Assembly: GCA_964487475.1 (NCBI GenBank)
Contig: CAZAPM010000001.1
Coordinates: 122,086-186,085, forward strand
From: an uncultured Planctomycetales bacterium
GTDB taxonomy: Bacteria; Omnitrophota; Gorgyraeia; Gygaellales; Profunditerraquicolaceae
DNA: 64,000 nt
Direction of reading: 5' to 3'
Within the stretch, counting starts at the first letter, position 1, and every line of letters starts with the position of its first letter. The translations under genes and the position numbers were made by a program. This document shows, in pieces, positions 45,317 through 54,828 of this stretch. The notes under the pieces were generated by a model. It was given only the letters and a program-made list of their open reading frames with translations, did no database searches and was not told where the DNA came from.

Positions 45317-45874
45317 ATGAATCCGAGGCTTTTGGAGAAATACCGTAAGGAAGTGGTGCCCGAGCTGATGAAGAAATTCGGGATCAAGAATGCCATGGCC
45401 GTGCCCCATCTGGACAAGGTCGTGATCAACATGGGCGTCGGGGAGGCACTGCAGGACGTCAAGGTGCTGGATAAAGCGATGGACGAGCTGGCGACGATCA
45501 CCGGGCAGCGCCCGCTGTTGCGCCGCGCCAAGAAGGCCATCTCGAACTTCAAGGTCCGCGAGAACCAGCCGGTGGGATGCAAGGTGACGCTGCGCAAGAA
45601 CCGCATGTACGAGTTCGTGGACAGGCTTTTCAACGTGGCCATGCCTCGTATCCGCGACTTCCGCGGGATCAGGGATACTTCCTTCGACAAGGCGGGCAAT
45701 TTCACCATGGGGCTTTCGGAGCAGTCGATCTTCCCGGAGATCGATTACGACAAGATCACCCGTGCGCAGGGCATGGATATCACGTTTGTCATTAAGAACG
45801 CAAAAACGAAAGAACAGGCGCGCGAGCTTCTGGTGCTCATGGGCATGCCTTTCGAGCGCCACGAGCGCGATTAA
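45317..45874 (+). CDS. rplE: 50S ribosomal protein L5
   Basis: [20 protein letters not shown]... Confidence 0.97.
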   Translation: MNPRLLEKYRKEVVPELMKKFGIKNAMAVPHLDKVVINMGVGEALQDVKVLDKAMDELATITGQRPLLRRAKKAISNFKVRENQPVGCKVTLRKNRMYEFVDRLFNVAMPRIRDFRGIRDTSFDKAGNFTMGLSEQSIFPEIDYDKITRAQGMDITFVIKNAKTKEQARELLVLMGMPFERHERD

Positions 45875-45900
45875 TCACGAGGAAGAGGTAACCGTACACA

Positions 45901-46086
45901 ATGGCTAAGAACTCACAGTTAGCACGTTGGAAGAGACCGGCAAAATTCAAGTCCCGCAAATATAACCGCTGCCATATCTGCGGACGTTCGGGCGGATATC
46001 TGCGCCGTTTCCAGCTGTGCCGCATCTGCTTCAGGGAGCTTGCCTGGCAGGGTGCGATCCCGGGTGTCAAGAAGGCAAGCTGGTAG
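45901..46086 (+). CDS. rpsN: 30S ribosomal protein S14, type Z (zinc-binding, 61 aa)
   Basis: [20 protein letters not shown] Cys4 zinc ribbon. Confidence 0.95.
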   Translation: MAKNSQLARWKRPAKFKSRKYNRCHICGRSGGYLRRFQLCRICFRELAWQGAIPGVKKASW

Positions 46087-46113
46087 CATTACGTCAGGAG
46101 AGAGAGTAACCCC

Positions 46114-46509
46114 ATGGCAAGAACAGATCTGATTGCTGATGCATTTACGAGTGTACGTAACGCCTTAATGGCGAAAAAAGAGACCGTCGACGTGCCGGCT
46201 TCGAACGTCCTGCGCAAGGTCTTCGAGCTGCTGAAGAATGACGGATACATCGAGACGTTCAAAGAGATCGAGGACAAGAAACAGGGAGTGCTGCGCATTT
46301 ATCTCAAGTACATCGCCGGCAAGCCCGCGATCCGTACCATCAAGAGGATCTCCAACCCCGGGGTGCGCCGTTATGTGAAGAAGGTGAAGATCCCGAAGGT
46401 CCTGCGCGGAAAAGGCATGGCGATCGTCTCGACCTCGAAGGGTGTGGTTACCGACGTGCAGGCGAGAGAGCTCGGCGTCGGCGGTGAAGTGATTGGGTAT
46501 ATATGGTAA
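46114..46509 (+). CDS. rpsH: 30S ribosomal protein S8
   Basis: DLIADAFTSVRNALMAKKETV. Confidence 0.95.
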   Translation: MARTDLIADAFTSVRNALMAKKETVDVPASNVLRKVFELLKNDGYIETFKEIEDKKQGVLRIYLKYIAGKPAIRTIKRISNPGVRRYVKKVKIPKVLRGKGMAIVSTSKGVVTDVQARELGVGGEVIGYIW

Positions 46510-46619
46510 GGTAATAAGTTTATCCCGGCACATCCCCCGCAAGAGCGGGGCACCCGTCGATCCGATATAGACGGGGTGCGATAAGGCCGGGGATAACGAT
46601 AAGAAAGAAGAGAATAGAT

Positions 46620-47168
46620 ATGTCTCGTATAGGGAAAAAACCGGTACAGATTGCCAAGGATGTGAAGGTTTCCGTCAACGGCGGCACGTTGTCGGTGGAA
46701 GGCCCCAAGGGCAAGCTCGATTTCAAGCTCTCTCCCCGGGTGACCGTCGAGGTCAAGGACGGGGTGGCGGTGGTGGGCAGGGTGACGGACACCAAGCAGG
46801 ACAGGGCGCTCCACGGGCTTACGCGGGCGCTGCTGGCCAACATGATCAAGGGTGCCAGCGAGGGGTACGTCAAGGAACTGGAGATCCAGGGTGTCGGGTT
46901 CAAGGCCCAGGTCGCCGGGTCCAAGCTTACCATGGCGCTCGGTTTTTCCCATCCGGTGGTGTTCGAGATCCCGGCCGGCATCAAGATCGAAACGCCTAAA
47001 CCGACACAGCTCGTCGTGCGCGGCATAGATAAGGAAAAAGTGGGCGAAGTGGCAGCGGAATTGCGCGCCTTCTATCCTCCCGAGCCGTATAAGGGCAAGG
47101 GGATCAGGTATGTGGGCGAGGTAGTCAAGAAGAAGGTCGGCAAGGCAGCAGCCGGCGGCGGTAAATAA
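46620..47168 (+). CDS. rplF: 50S ribosomal protein L6
   Basis: SRIGKKPVQIAKDVKVSVNGGTLSVEGPKG. Confidence 0.95.
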   Translation: MSRIGKKPVQIAKDVKVSVNGGTLSVEGPKGKLDFKLSPRVTVEVKDGVAVVGRVTDTKQDRALHGLTRALLANMIKGASEGYVKELEIQGVGFKAQVAGSKLTMALGFSHPVVFEIPAGIKIETPKPTQLVVRGIDKEKVGEVAAELRAFYPPEPYKGKGIRYVGEVVKKKVGKAAAGGGK

Positions 47169-47182
47169 GAGGATACGCACTC

Positions 47183-47542
47183 ATGAACAGCAAAGAGATA
47201 TTACGCAAGAAGAGGCACGCCCGTATCCGCATGAAGGTGCGGGGCAATGCCGAAAAACCGAGGCTGGTGATCAAGCGCGGTATCAGCAACTTCACCGCAC
47301 AGATCATCGATGATGTTAAGAACGTGACGATCTTCTCCCTTTCTACCGCCGATAAAGCGGTGCGCGCGAAGTTCGCGACAGCGGGTAACGTCAAGACCGC
47401 TGAGACCTTCGGCGAGATGTTCGCGTCGAAGGCGAAGGAAAAGGGCATTACCCAGGTGGTATTCGACCGCGCCGGGTATTTGTATCATGGCCGCGTGAAG
47501 GCGTTCGCCGACGCGGCAAGAAAAGGGGGGTTGGTGTTCTAA
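47183..47542 (+). CDS. rplR: 50S ribosomal protein L18
   Basis: [25 protein letters not shown]. Confidence 0.95.
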   Translation: MNSKEILRKKRHARIRMKVRGNAEKPRLVIKRGISNFTAQIIDDVKNVTIFSLSTADKAVRAKFATAGNVKTAETFGEMFASKAKEKGITQVVFDRAGYLYHGRVKAFADAARKGGLVF

Positions 47543-47543
47543 C

Positions 47544-47996
47544 ATGCGCGAATTACGGATCGAACAACAGTCAGAATTCATCGAGAAGGTCATTACGATC
47601 AACCGTGTCTGCAAAGTGACCAAGGGCGGCAAGAAGCTGCATTTTTCCGCGCTGGTCGTGGTCGGGGATACCAAAGGCCGCGTCGGGTTTGCGCTGGATA
47701 AAGCCAACGAGGTGGCGGACGCCATCCGCAAATCGCTGACCAAGGCCAAGAAGAATCTTTTCCTCGTGCCCATGGAAGGCACCACCATCCCGCACGAAGT
47801 GCTGGGAGAATACGGCGCGGCGAAAGTGCTGTTGAAGCCCGCTTCGGAAGGGACCGGGATCATCGCGGCCGGCCCGGTGCGCGCGGTCTGCGAGGCGGCC
47901 GGGATCAAGAACATACTCACCAAATCACTCAGGTCCAACAATCCCATCAACGTCATCAAGGCGACGGTGGAGGGGTTGAAAGACTTAAAAGCATAA
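47544..47996 (+). CDS. rpsE: 30S ribosomal protein S5
   Basis: [31 protein letters not shown]. Confidence 0.97.
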   Translation: MRELRIEQQSEFIEKVITINRVCKVTKGGKKLHFSALVVVGDTKGRVGFALDKANEVADAIRKSLTKAKKNLFLVPMEGTTIPHEVLGEYGAAKVLLKPASEGTGIIAAGPVRAVCEAAGIKNILTKSLRSNNPINVIKATVEGLKDLKA

Positions 47997-48014
47997 ACTT
48001 TCAGGCGGGTACTT

Positions 48015-48596
48015 ATGGAAAAGAAAACCACGAAGTCGAAAGAAGTTGTGAGGCCGAAAGCGGCGGTCAAGAAAGCGGAGAAGAAGCCCGCGGCGGCGAA
48101 GAAGCCTGCAGCGGCGGCGGCGGAAAAGTCCGCGGCTGCCCCGGCGTTGTTCTCTCTGCACCGCATGGAGGTGCCTAAGGGCGCCCACAAGCGCAAGAAG
48201 CTTCTCGGACGGGGTCCCAGCTCCGGCCACGGTAAGACCTCTACCCGCGGCAGCAAGGGACAGACTTCCCGCGCCGGACGCGATATGTACGCCGGTTTCG
48301 AAGGCGGACAGACGCCGTTGATCCGCAGGTTCCCCAAACGCGGTTTCACCAATAAGTTCCGCAAGGTGTTCCAGATCGTCAACCTCGGCCAGCTGGCGAA
48401 GGTCAAGGATGCCGTGATCACTCCGGAAGTGCTCAAGGCGGCAGGCCTGGTGGCGAATTCGAACAAGCCGGTGAAGATCCTCGGTGAAGGTGATTTTTCT
48501 CGCGCGGCCACGATCAAGGCGCACGCGATCTCCAGAAGCGCGCAGGAAAAGCTTTCCAAGGCCGGCGCGAAGTTCGAGGTAGTCGTCAATGCTTAA
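48015..48596 (+). CDS. rplO: 50S ribosomal protein L15, possibly with a Lys/Ala-rich N-terminal extension (alternative TTG start at 48147 gives the canonical length)
   Basis: Core FSLHRMEVPKGAHKRKKLLGRGPSSGHGKTSTRGSKGQ aligns with the L15 N-terminus. Upstream in frame: MEKKTTKSKEVVRPKAAVKKAEKKPAAAKKPAAAAAEKSAAAP. No rpmD (L30) gene lies between rpsE and rplO. Confidence 0.85.
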   Translation: MEKKTTKSKEVVRPKAAVKKAEKKPAAAKKPAAAAAEKSAAAPALFSLHRMEVPKGAHKRKKLLGRGPSSGHGKTSTRGSKGQTSRAGRDMYAGFEGGQTPLIRRFPKRGFTNKFRKVFQIVNLGQLAKVKDAVITPEVLKAAGLVANSNKPVKILGEGDFSRAATIKAHAISRSAQEKLSKAGAKFEVVVNA

Positions 48597-49926
48597 TGCG
48601 CTGTCGAACGCGTTCAAGATCCCGGATCTCAAGCGGCGCTTACTCATCACGCTCGGTCTTATCGCGATCTACCGCGTAGGATGCTACATCCCTACCCCCG
48701 GCATTGACGGGGAACAGCTGGCGCTGTTCTTCAACAATGTCGCGCAGACCCAGGGCGGTGCGCTCTTTGGCATCATCAATATGTTCTCCGGAGGCGCAAT
48801 GGAGAAGCTCACCATTTTCGCGCTGGGGATCATGCCGTACATCTCTTCCTCGATCATATTCCAGCTCTTGACCGCGGTCATCCCGGCGCTGGAGAAGATG
48901 GCCAAGGAAGGCAAGGCCGGCTACGAGAAGATCAATCAGTACACCCGTTACGGTACGGTGGTACTTTCCATCATACAGTCCTATTTCATCGCGCGCTGGC
49001 TGGAGAATTTCGAAGGATACAAGATCGTGCTCGCGCCGGGGATCGGGTTTCAGCTCCTGACCGTGCTGACCCTGACCACCGGGACGATCTTCATCATGTG
49101 GCTGGGAGAACAGATCCAGGAGCGCGGCATCGGCAACGGGATCTCGCTGGTCATCACCGCGGGTATCATCTCCCGCATCCCGTCCGCGGTCCATCAGCTG
49201 ATCACCCTGATCTCGCCTACCAATCCGACCCACAGCCAGATACAGCCCTTCACGCTCGTGATCATGTCGGCGCTGCTGGTGGGAGTGGTTTTTGCGGTCA
49301 TCATGGTGACGCAGGCCCAGCGCAAGATACCCGTGCAGTACGCGCGCCGGGTGGTGGGCAGGAAGATATTCGGCGGACAGAGCACCTATATTCCCCTGAA
49401 AGTGGATACCTCGGGCGTTATCGCCATCATTTTCGCGCAGTCCATCATCCTTTTCCCGGCTACGATCGCGTCGTTTATCCCCAACCAGGCGTTCCAGGGG
49501 ATCGCGCACGCGCTGGTGCGGGGGCAGGGGTTGTATACCCTGGTCTATGCGCTGCTGATCGTGTTCTTCTGCTATTTCTATACCGCGATCGTGTTCAATC
49601 CGGTGGACCTTTCCGAGAACATGAAGAAGTACGGCGGGTTCATCCCGGGGATCAGGCCGGGCACCGCCACCGCGGAGTATCTGGATTTCGTCATGACCCG
49701 GGTGACTTTGGCCGGGGCGCTTTTCATCGCGTTCATCGCCATCTTCCCGGACTTCCTTATGTCCTGGCTCAATGTGCCGTATCTGGTGGCTTCGTTCTTC
49801 GGCGGCACCGGCGTGCTGATCATCGTCGGCGTCATGCTGGATTTCATCAAGCAGATCGAGTCGCATCTGTTGATGCACCATTACGAGGGTTTTATCAAAG
49901 GTGCTCGGATCAAAGGGAGAAGATAA
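48589..49926 (+). CDS. secY: preprotein translocase subunit SecY
   Basis: 10 TM helices. GIMPYISSSIIFQLL. Confidence 0.97.
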   Translation: MLNALSNAFKIPDLKRRLLITLGLIAIYRVGCYIPTPGIDGEQLALFFNNVAQTQGGALFGIINMFSGGAMEKLTIFALGIMPYISSSIIFQLLTAVIPALEKMAKEGKAGYEKINQYTRYGTVVLSIIQSYFIARWLENFEGYKIVLAPGIGFQLLTVLTLTTGTIFIMWLGEQIQERGIGNGISLVITAGIISRIPSAVHQLITLISPTNPTHSQIQPFTLVIMSALLVGVVFAVIMVTQAQRKIPVQYARRVVGRKIFGGQSTYIPLKVDTSGVIAIIFAQSIILFPATIASFIPNQAFQGIAHALVRGQGLYTLVYALLIVFFCYFYTAIVFNPVDLSENMKKYGGFIPGIRPGTATAEYLDFVMTRVTLAGALFIAFIAIFPDFLMSWLNVPYLVASFFGGTGVLIIVGVMLDFIKQIESHLLMHHYEGFIKGARIKGRR

Positions 49927-49929
49927 TCG

Positions 49930-50577
49930 ATGATCATCATCTTGCTGGGTCCTCCGGGGGCGGGTAAAGGAACGCAGTCGAAAACGCTGGCAGTGGATCT
50001 GAAGCTGCCGCATATCTCCACCGGCGACATGCTGCGCCAGAACGTGGCGCAGGGCACGGAATTGGGCATACAGGCGAAGGGTTTCATGGAAAAAGGCGCC
50101 CTGGTGCCGGATGAGCTTTTGACCAGGATGCTGGAGCTGCGCATCGTCCAGCCTGACTGCAAAGCGGGTTTTATCCTGGACGGCTATCCCCGGACCATCG
50201 GCCAGGCCGATATCCTGGAAGCGATCCTTAAGAAAGCGGCGCGCAAGATCGGGTTTGTGGCCTACCTTGATACGACCGAGCCGGTAGTGATCCAGAGGCT
50301 TTCGGGCAGGCTGGTGTGCAAGGGGTGCGGGCTTAATTTCCACGCGACCAATATGCCGCCGAAAAAGAGCGGGGTATGCGATTCCTGCGGGGGCGAGCTG
50401 TATCAGCGCGCCGACGACAAGGAAGCGACGATCCGCAACCGGCTGGCAGTGTACCTTAAGGAAACCTCAGGCCTGATCGCCTATTACGAGGCCAAGGGCC
50501 TCCTGCGCCGCATCAATGCGGATGAGCCGGCAGAGAAAGTGCTTGCGGAGATCATTCGCCTGGCCAAGGCGGGATGA
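49930..50577 (+). CDS. adk: adenylate kinase (zinc-lid type)
   Basis: ILLGPPGAGKGTQ P-loop. Lid CKGCG...CDSCGG Cys4. Confidence 0.97.
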   Translation: MIIILLGPPGAGKGTQSKTLAVDLKLPHISTGDMLRQNVAQGTELGIQAKGFMEKGALVPDELLTRMLELRIVQPDCKAGFILDGYPRTIGQADILEAILKKAARKIGFVAYLDTTEPVVIQRLSGRLVCKGCGLNFHATNMPPKKSGVCDSCGGELYQRADDKEATIRNRLAVYLKETSGLIAYYEAKGLLRRINADEPAEKVLAEIIRLAKAG

Positions 50578-51320
50578 TCGTCATACGGCAGGAGCAGGAA
50601 TTAGCGCAGTTGAGGGCATCCGGCAGGGTGCTGGCGAGGATCCTGCAGCAGTTGAGGCAATTCGTGAAGGCGGGGGTCAGCACCGCCGATATTGACAAGT
50701 TCGCAGAGGAGTTATGCGCCCGCGAGGGCGTGCGTCCGGCGTTCAAGGGATACAAGGGGTATCCGGCGAGCGCCTGCGTTTCCGTGAACGAGGAGATCAT
50801 CCACGGGATCCCCAGCGACGGTAAGATCGTGCGCGAGGGGGATATCGTCAGCGTCGATTTCGGGATCGAGAAGCAGGGGTTCTTTTCCGACGCGGCGTTC
50901 ACGCAGGCGGTGGGCAGGATCGATAAGCAGCGCAAGACGCTTATCGAAGTGACGCGCCAGGCGCTGCATGAGGGCATCAAGCAGGCTAAACCGGATAACC
51001 GGATAGGCGACATCGCTCACGCGATACAGAGCTATGTCGAACGGTATGGTTTTTCCGTGGTCAGGCAGTTCGTGGGGCACGGGATAGGTACGAGGCTGCA
51101 TGAGGAGCCCGAGGTTCCCAATTACGGGCGGGCCCATACGGGCCAGGTATTGAAGCCCGGTATGGTGCTGGCGATAGAGCCGATGGTCAACGCCGGTACC
51201 TGGGAATCGAGGATACTCGATAACGGCTGGACTGCGGTAACGTGCGACGGAGCGCCTTCGGCGCATTTCGAGCACACCGTAGCGATTACCGCGCAAGGCG
51301 CGGAGATCCTGACCGCATAA
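50574..51320 (+). CDS. map: methionine aminopeptidase type I
   Basis: Pita-bread fold motifs: [28 protein letters not shown]. Confidence 0.95.
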   Translation: MIVIRQEQELAQLRASGRVLARILQQLRQFVKAGVSTADIDKFAEELCAREGVRPAFKGYKGYPASACVSVNEEIIHGIPSDGKIVREGDIVSVDFGIEKQGFFSDAAFTQAVGRIDKQRKTLIEVTRQALHEGIKQAKPDNRIGDIAHAIQSYVERYGFSVVRQFVGHGIGTRLHEEPEVPNYGRAHTGQVLKPGMVLAIEPMVNAGTWESRILDNGWTAVTCDGAPSAHFEHTVAITAQGAEILTA

Positions 51321-51333
51321 AGGACGGGGGAGT

Positions 51334-51552
51334 ATGCCTAAAGAGGACCTGATAGAAACAGACGGCGTGATCGTGGAAACGTTGCCTAACGCGATGTTTA
51401 GGGTCAAGCTGGAAAGCGGCCACGTGGTACTGGCCCATGTCTCCGGAAAGATGCGCATGCATTTCATCCGTATCCTTCCGGGGGATAAAGTGAAGCTGGA
51501 GCTGTCTCCGTACGACCTGAGCCGCGGCAGGATCACGTACCGGGTCAAATAA
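51334..51552 (+). CDS. infA: translation initiation factor IF-1
   Basis: [32 protein letters not shown]. Confidence 0.97.
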   Translation: MPKEDLIETDGVIVETLPNAMFRVKLESGHVVLAHVSGKMRMHFIRILPGDKVKLELSPYDLSRGRITYRVK

Positions 51553-51571
51553 ATATTGCAAGGGAGAATTC

Positions 51572-51685
51572 ATGAAAGTCAAAGCGTCGATCCGTAAGAT
51601 TTGCGATAAGTGCAAGATCATCAAGCGCGCGGGCGTGGTGCGCGTCATCTGCTCTAACCAGAAGCACAAACAAAGACAAGGGTAA
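51572..51685 (+). CDS. rpmJ: 50S ribosomal protein L36
   Basis: 37 aa [37 protein letters not shown]. Below the ORF-track size cutoff. Confidence 0.9.
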   Translation: MKVKASIRKICDKCKIIKRAGVVRVICSNQKHKQRQG

Positions 51686-51701
51686 TAGAAGGAGCTTCCG
51701 T

Positions 51702-52091
51702 ATGCCAAGGATTCTAGGTGTCGACATTCCTAAGGAAAAAAGGATCGAGATCTCGCTGATGTATCTGTTCGGGGTAGGGCGCACCATGGCCAACCAGATA
51801 CTTAAAGAGGTCAATATTGAGCCGGGCAAGCGCGCCAAGGATCTTTCCGACGAGGAGATCAACCGGATCACGCTGGTCATCCAGAAGGGGTACCGCGTCG
51901 AGGGCGACCTGCGCCGCGATATTTCGCAGAACATCAAGCGCCTCCAGGATATCGGTGCCTGGCGCGGCATGCGCCATAAGAAGGGCCTGCCGGTAAGAGG
52001 GCAGCGTACGCGCACCAATTCCCGTACCCGCAAAGGTCCGAAACGGGGCGGTACCATGATCGTGAAGAAAGCGGAGCCGGGCAAGAAGTAA
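51702..52091 (+). CDS. rpsM: 30S ribosomal protein S13
   Basis: [18 protein letters not shown]. Confidence 0.97.
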   Translation: MPRILGVDIPKEKRIEISLMYLFGVGRTMANQILKEVNIEPGKRAKDLSDEEINRITLVIQKGYRVEGDLRRDISQNIKRLQDIGAWRGMRHKKGLPVRGQRTRTNSRTRKGPKRGGTMIVKKAEPGKK

Positions 52092-52115
52092 TCTCTAAGG
52101 AGAAGAGGGGAGTAT

Positions 52116-52505
52116 ATGGCGACCAAAGAAAAGGCAAAGAAGAAGAAGCTTGCCAAGGGAATTACCACCGGCATAGCGCACATCCAGGCAAGTTTTAATA
52201 ATACCATCATCACCATTACCGATAAACAGGGCAACGTGCTGGTGTGGTCCGCTCCCGGCGTGGTCGGGTACGGCGGATCCAAGAAGTCGACCCCGTTCGC
52301 GGCGCAGATCGCGGCTGCGGATGCCGCGCGCAAGGCCAAGGATATCGGCCTCAAGGAAGTCGACGTGCACGTCAAGGGTCCCGGGTTCGGCCGTGAATCG
52401 GCGATCAGGGCTTTGCAGGCATCGGGTCTGGTCATCACTTCGATCAAGGACGTCACCCCGATACCGCATAACGGTTGCCGCCCGAAAAAGAAAAGGAGAG
52501 TTTAA
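52116..52505 (+). CDS. rpsK: 30S ribosomal protein S11
   Basis: [18 protein letters not shown]. Confidence 0.97.
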   Translation: MATKEKAKKKKLAKGITTGIAHIQASFNNTIITITDKQGNVLVWSAPGVVGYGGSKKSTPFAAQIAAADAARKAKDIGLKEVDVHVKGPGFGRESAIRALQASGLVITSIKDVTPIPHNGCRPKKKRRV

Positions 52506-52508
52506 TAC

Positions 52509-53135
52509 ATGGCTCGTTACACAGATGCAGTCTGCAGGTTGTGCCGCCGCGAAGGCGAGAAGCTGTTCCTGAAAGGGAACAAGTGCAATGGGGCGAAGTG
52601 CACCATCGCCAAGCGCCAGACGCTCCCCGGGCAGCACGGTACTTCACGCGTGAAACTGTCCAACTACGGCGTGCAGATGAAAGAGAAGCAGAAGGTGAAG
52701 TGGATGTACGGAGTGCTGGAGCGCCAGTTCCGCCGCTACTTCCAGATCGCGGAGCGCACGAAGGGCGTCACGGGCAAGGTGCTGTTGCAGCTTCTGGAGC
52801 GCCGTCTGGACAACGTGGTGTTCCGTATGGGCATCGCTACCTCCCGGCCTCAGGCCCGCCAGGTGGTGCGTCATAATTTCGTCTACGTCAACGGCAGGAG
52901 GACCAACGTGCCTTCCTTCCTTGTCGATAAAGAGGATGTGATCGAAGTGCGTGCCAAGGACAAGGCCATGAAGAAGATCAAGGAGAACATCGAGCTGGCC
53001 AAGGACCGTACCGTGCCGACCTGGCTGCAGTATGACGCTGCCGCCATGAAGGCGAAGGTGCTGCGTCTTCCCGAAAAGGGCGACATCGCGCACACCATCC
53101 AGGAACAGTTTATCGTCGAGTTGTATTCCAAGTAG
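52509..53135 (+). CDS. rpsD: 30S ribosomal protein S4 (with N-terminal Cys4 zinc ribbon)
   Basis: ARYTDAVCRLCRREGEKLFLKGNKCNGAKC. Confidence 0.97.
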   Translation: MARYTDAVCRLCRREGEKLFLKGNKCNGAKCTIAKRQTLPGQHGTSRVKLSNYGVQMKEKQKVKWMYGVLERQFRRYFQIAERTKGVTGKVLLQLLERRLDNVVFRMGIATSRPQARQVVRHNFVYVNGRRTNVPSFLVDKEDVIEVRAKDKAMKKIKENIELAKDRTVPTWLQYDAAAMKAKVLRLPEKGDIAHTIQEQFIVELYSK

Positions 53136-53161
53136 CGTTTATTTACTCTTAGGAGGATACG

Positions 53162-54154
53162 ATGGGTATAAAGTGGAGAGATTTTCAACTGCCGAAAAGG
53201 CTTGAGTGCGACGAGTCGACGTACACCAATACGTACGGCAAGTTCATCGCGGCGCCTTTTGAGCGCGGGTACGGGGTGACGTTGGGCAATTCGCTGCGGA
53301 GGGTGCTCCTGTCTTCCATCGAAGGCAGCGCGGTCACTTCCGTCAAGTTCGGCGGTGTGCAGCATGAGTTCACTTCGATCCCCGGAGTGCTCGAGGACGT
53401 CACGGAGATCATCCTGAACGTCAAGAGCCTGGTGATCAACTGCCACTCCAAGATACCCAAGACCATCACCATCAAGGTCGATGAGAAGGGCGAGGTCAAG
53501 GCGAAGGATATCGAGGCCGACGAGACCATCGAGATCATCAATCCCGAGCACCATATCTGCACCCTGTCCAAAGACACCAAGTTCCAGATGGAGATGGAAG
53601 TGGCGCGGGGCCGCGGGTACGTGCCTGCGGAGCAGAACAAGAAGGAAGAGATATCCCTCGGCAGCATCGCGGTGGATTCCCTTTTCTCTCCCGTGAAGAA
53701 GGTCAATTTCCAGGTGGAGAACACCCGCGTCGGGCAGCGTACCGATTATGACAAGCTGGTGCTCGAGATCTGGACCAACGGGGCGATCTCCCCTAAGGAT
53801 GCGCTGCTCTATGCGTCCAATATCCTGCAGCGCCATCTCGACGTGTTCGTGAACTTCGGCCAGCTCCCCGAGGATATCGAGGAAGAGGAGCCGGAGATGA
53901 CCAAGGAGGAAGTGGCGCTCTACGAGAAGCTCAAGCTGCCCATTTCCGAGCTGGAGTTATCGGTGCGCAGCTCCAACTGCCTGCGTGAAGCCAATATCAA
54001 GGTGATCGCGGACCTGGTCAAGCGCAGCGAGGACGAGATGCTGGGTTTCAAGAATTTCGGCAAGAAATCGTTGACCGAGATCAAGGACCTCCTGGCCGGC
54101 ATGGGTTTGACGCTGGGCATGCAGGTGGACCCCAAGAAACTCAAGAAAGTGTAA
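53162..54154 (+). CDS. rpoA: DNA-directed RNA polymerase subunit alpha
   Basis: NTD GNSLRRVLLSS. CTD LELSVRSSNCLREANIKVIADLV. Confidence 0.97.
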   Translation: MGIKWRDFQLPKRLECDESTYTNTYGKFIAAPFERGYGVTLGNSLRRVLLSSIEGSAVTSVKFGGVQHEFTSIPGVLEDVTEIILNVKSLVINCHSKIPKTITIKVDEKGEVKAKDIEADETIEIINPEHHICTLSKDTKFQMEMEVARGRGYVPAEQNKKEEISLGSIAVDSLFSPVKKVNFQVENTRVGQRTDYDKLVLEIWTNGAISPKDALLYASNILQRHLDVFVNFGQLPEDIEEEEPEMTKEEVALYEKLKLPISELELSVRSSNCLREANIKVIADLVKRSEDEMLGFKNFGKKSLTEIKDLLAGMGLTLGMQVDPKKLKKV

Positions 54155-54184
54155 CCTGACCATAATCCTAAAGTAGGGACGACA

Positions 54185-54703
54185 ATGAGACATAAGGTAC
54201 GCAGACACAGAGTCAATCGTTTTACCAGCTGGCACAAGGCGACGGTCTCCAGTATGCTTCGCAGCATACTCAAGTACGAGAGCATCAAGACCACCAAGGC
54301 GAAAGCTTTGCTGATCCGCCCCGTACTTGACCGCCTGATCAGCGATGCCCTCGAGGGCACGCTGGTGGCGAAGCGCCGCGCCTTCGAGCTGCTGGGCGAC
54401 CATGCGCTGGTGAGCCATCTCTTCGGAGAGATCGCCGGGCGTTTCAAGGACAAGAAGAGCGGGTTCACCCGCATCATCGGCAACGGCATCCGCCGCGGAG
54501 ACAGCGCCGAGATGGTGATCTTCGAGCTCACCGAAGTGAAGAAGAAGGAACCCAAGAAGGCGAAGAAGAAAACGGCGCACGAGCATACCGAAGGCGAGCA
54601 TGCCCATGAAGCGCACGAGGGCAAGCCTGTCGACGAGAAGAAGCCCAAGAAGTTCCTCGGCGGGATCAAGGGCATCTTCAAGAAGGAACGTGACGCGTTA
54701 TAA
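54185..54703 (+). CDS. rplQ: 50S ribosomal protein L17 with a His/Glu/Lys-rich C-terminal extension
   Basis: MRHKVRRHRVNRFTSWHKATVSSM L17 core of about 120 aa, then VKKKEPKKAKKKTAHEHTEGEHAHEAHEGKPVDEKKPKK. Confidence 0.93.
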   Translation: MRHKVRRHRVNRFTSWHKATVSSMLRSILKYESIKTTKAKALLIRPVLDRLISDALEGTLVAKRRAFELLGDHALVSHLFGEIAGRFKDKKSGFTRIIGNGIRRGDSAEMVIFELTEVKKKEPKKAKKKTAHEHTEGEHAHEAHEGKPVDEKKPKKFLGGIKGIFKKERDAL

Positions 54704-54744
54704 GCAGTAAAGAGTGGTGATCGAAGAAATAGATAGTGCAGGAG

Positions 54745-54809
54745 AGCGCAAAGTAAAAGTGACTGCGGTATAGCCGCCAAAAGCTTTTGGCTTTGCGCTC
54801 TTTGCTTTG
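54745..54809 (+). terminator. nested hairpin terminator after rplQ (outer GAGCGCAAAG/CTTTGCGCTC; inner palindrome GCCAAAAGCTTTTGGC; then TTTGCTTTG)
   Basis: 10-bp outer stem and a perfect 16-nt inner palindrome followed by a T-rich tract. Sits at the end of the alpha operon. Confidence 0.55.
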
Positions 54810-54828
54810 TCAAGGAGAGAACCCGTAG

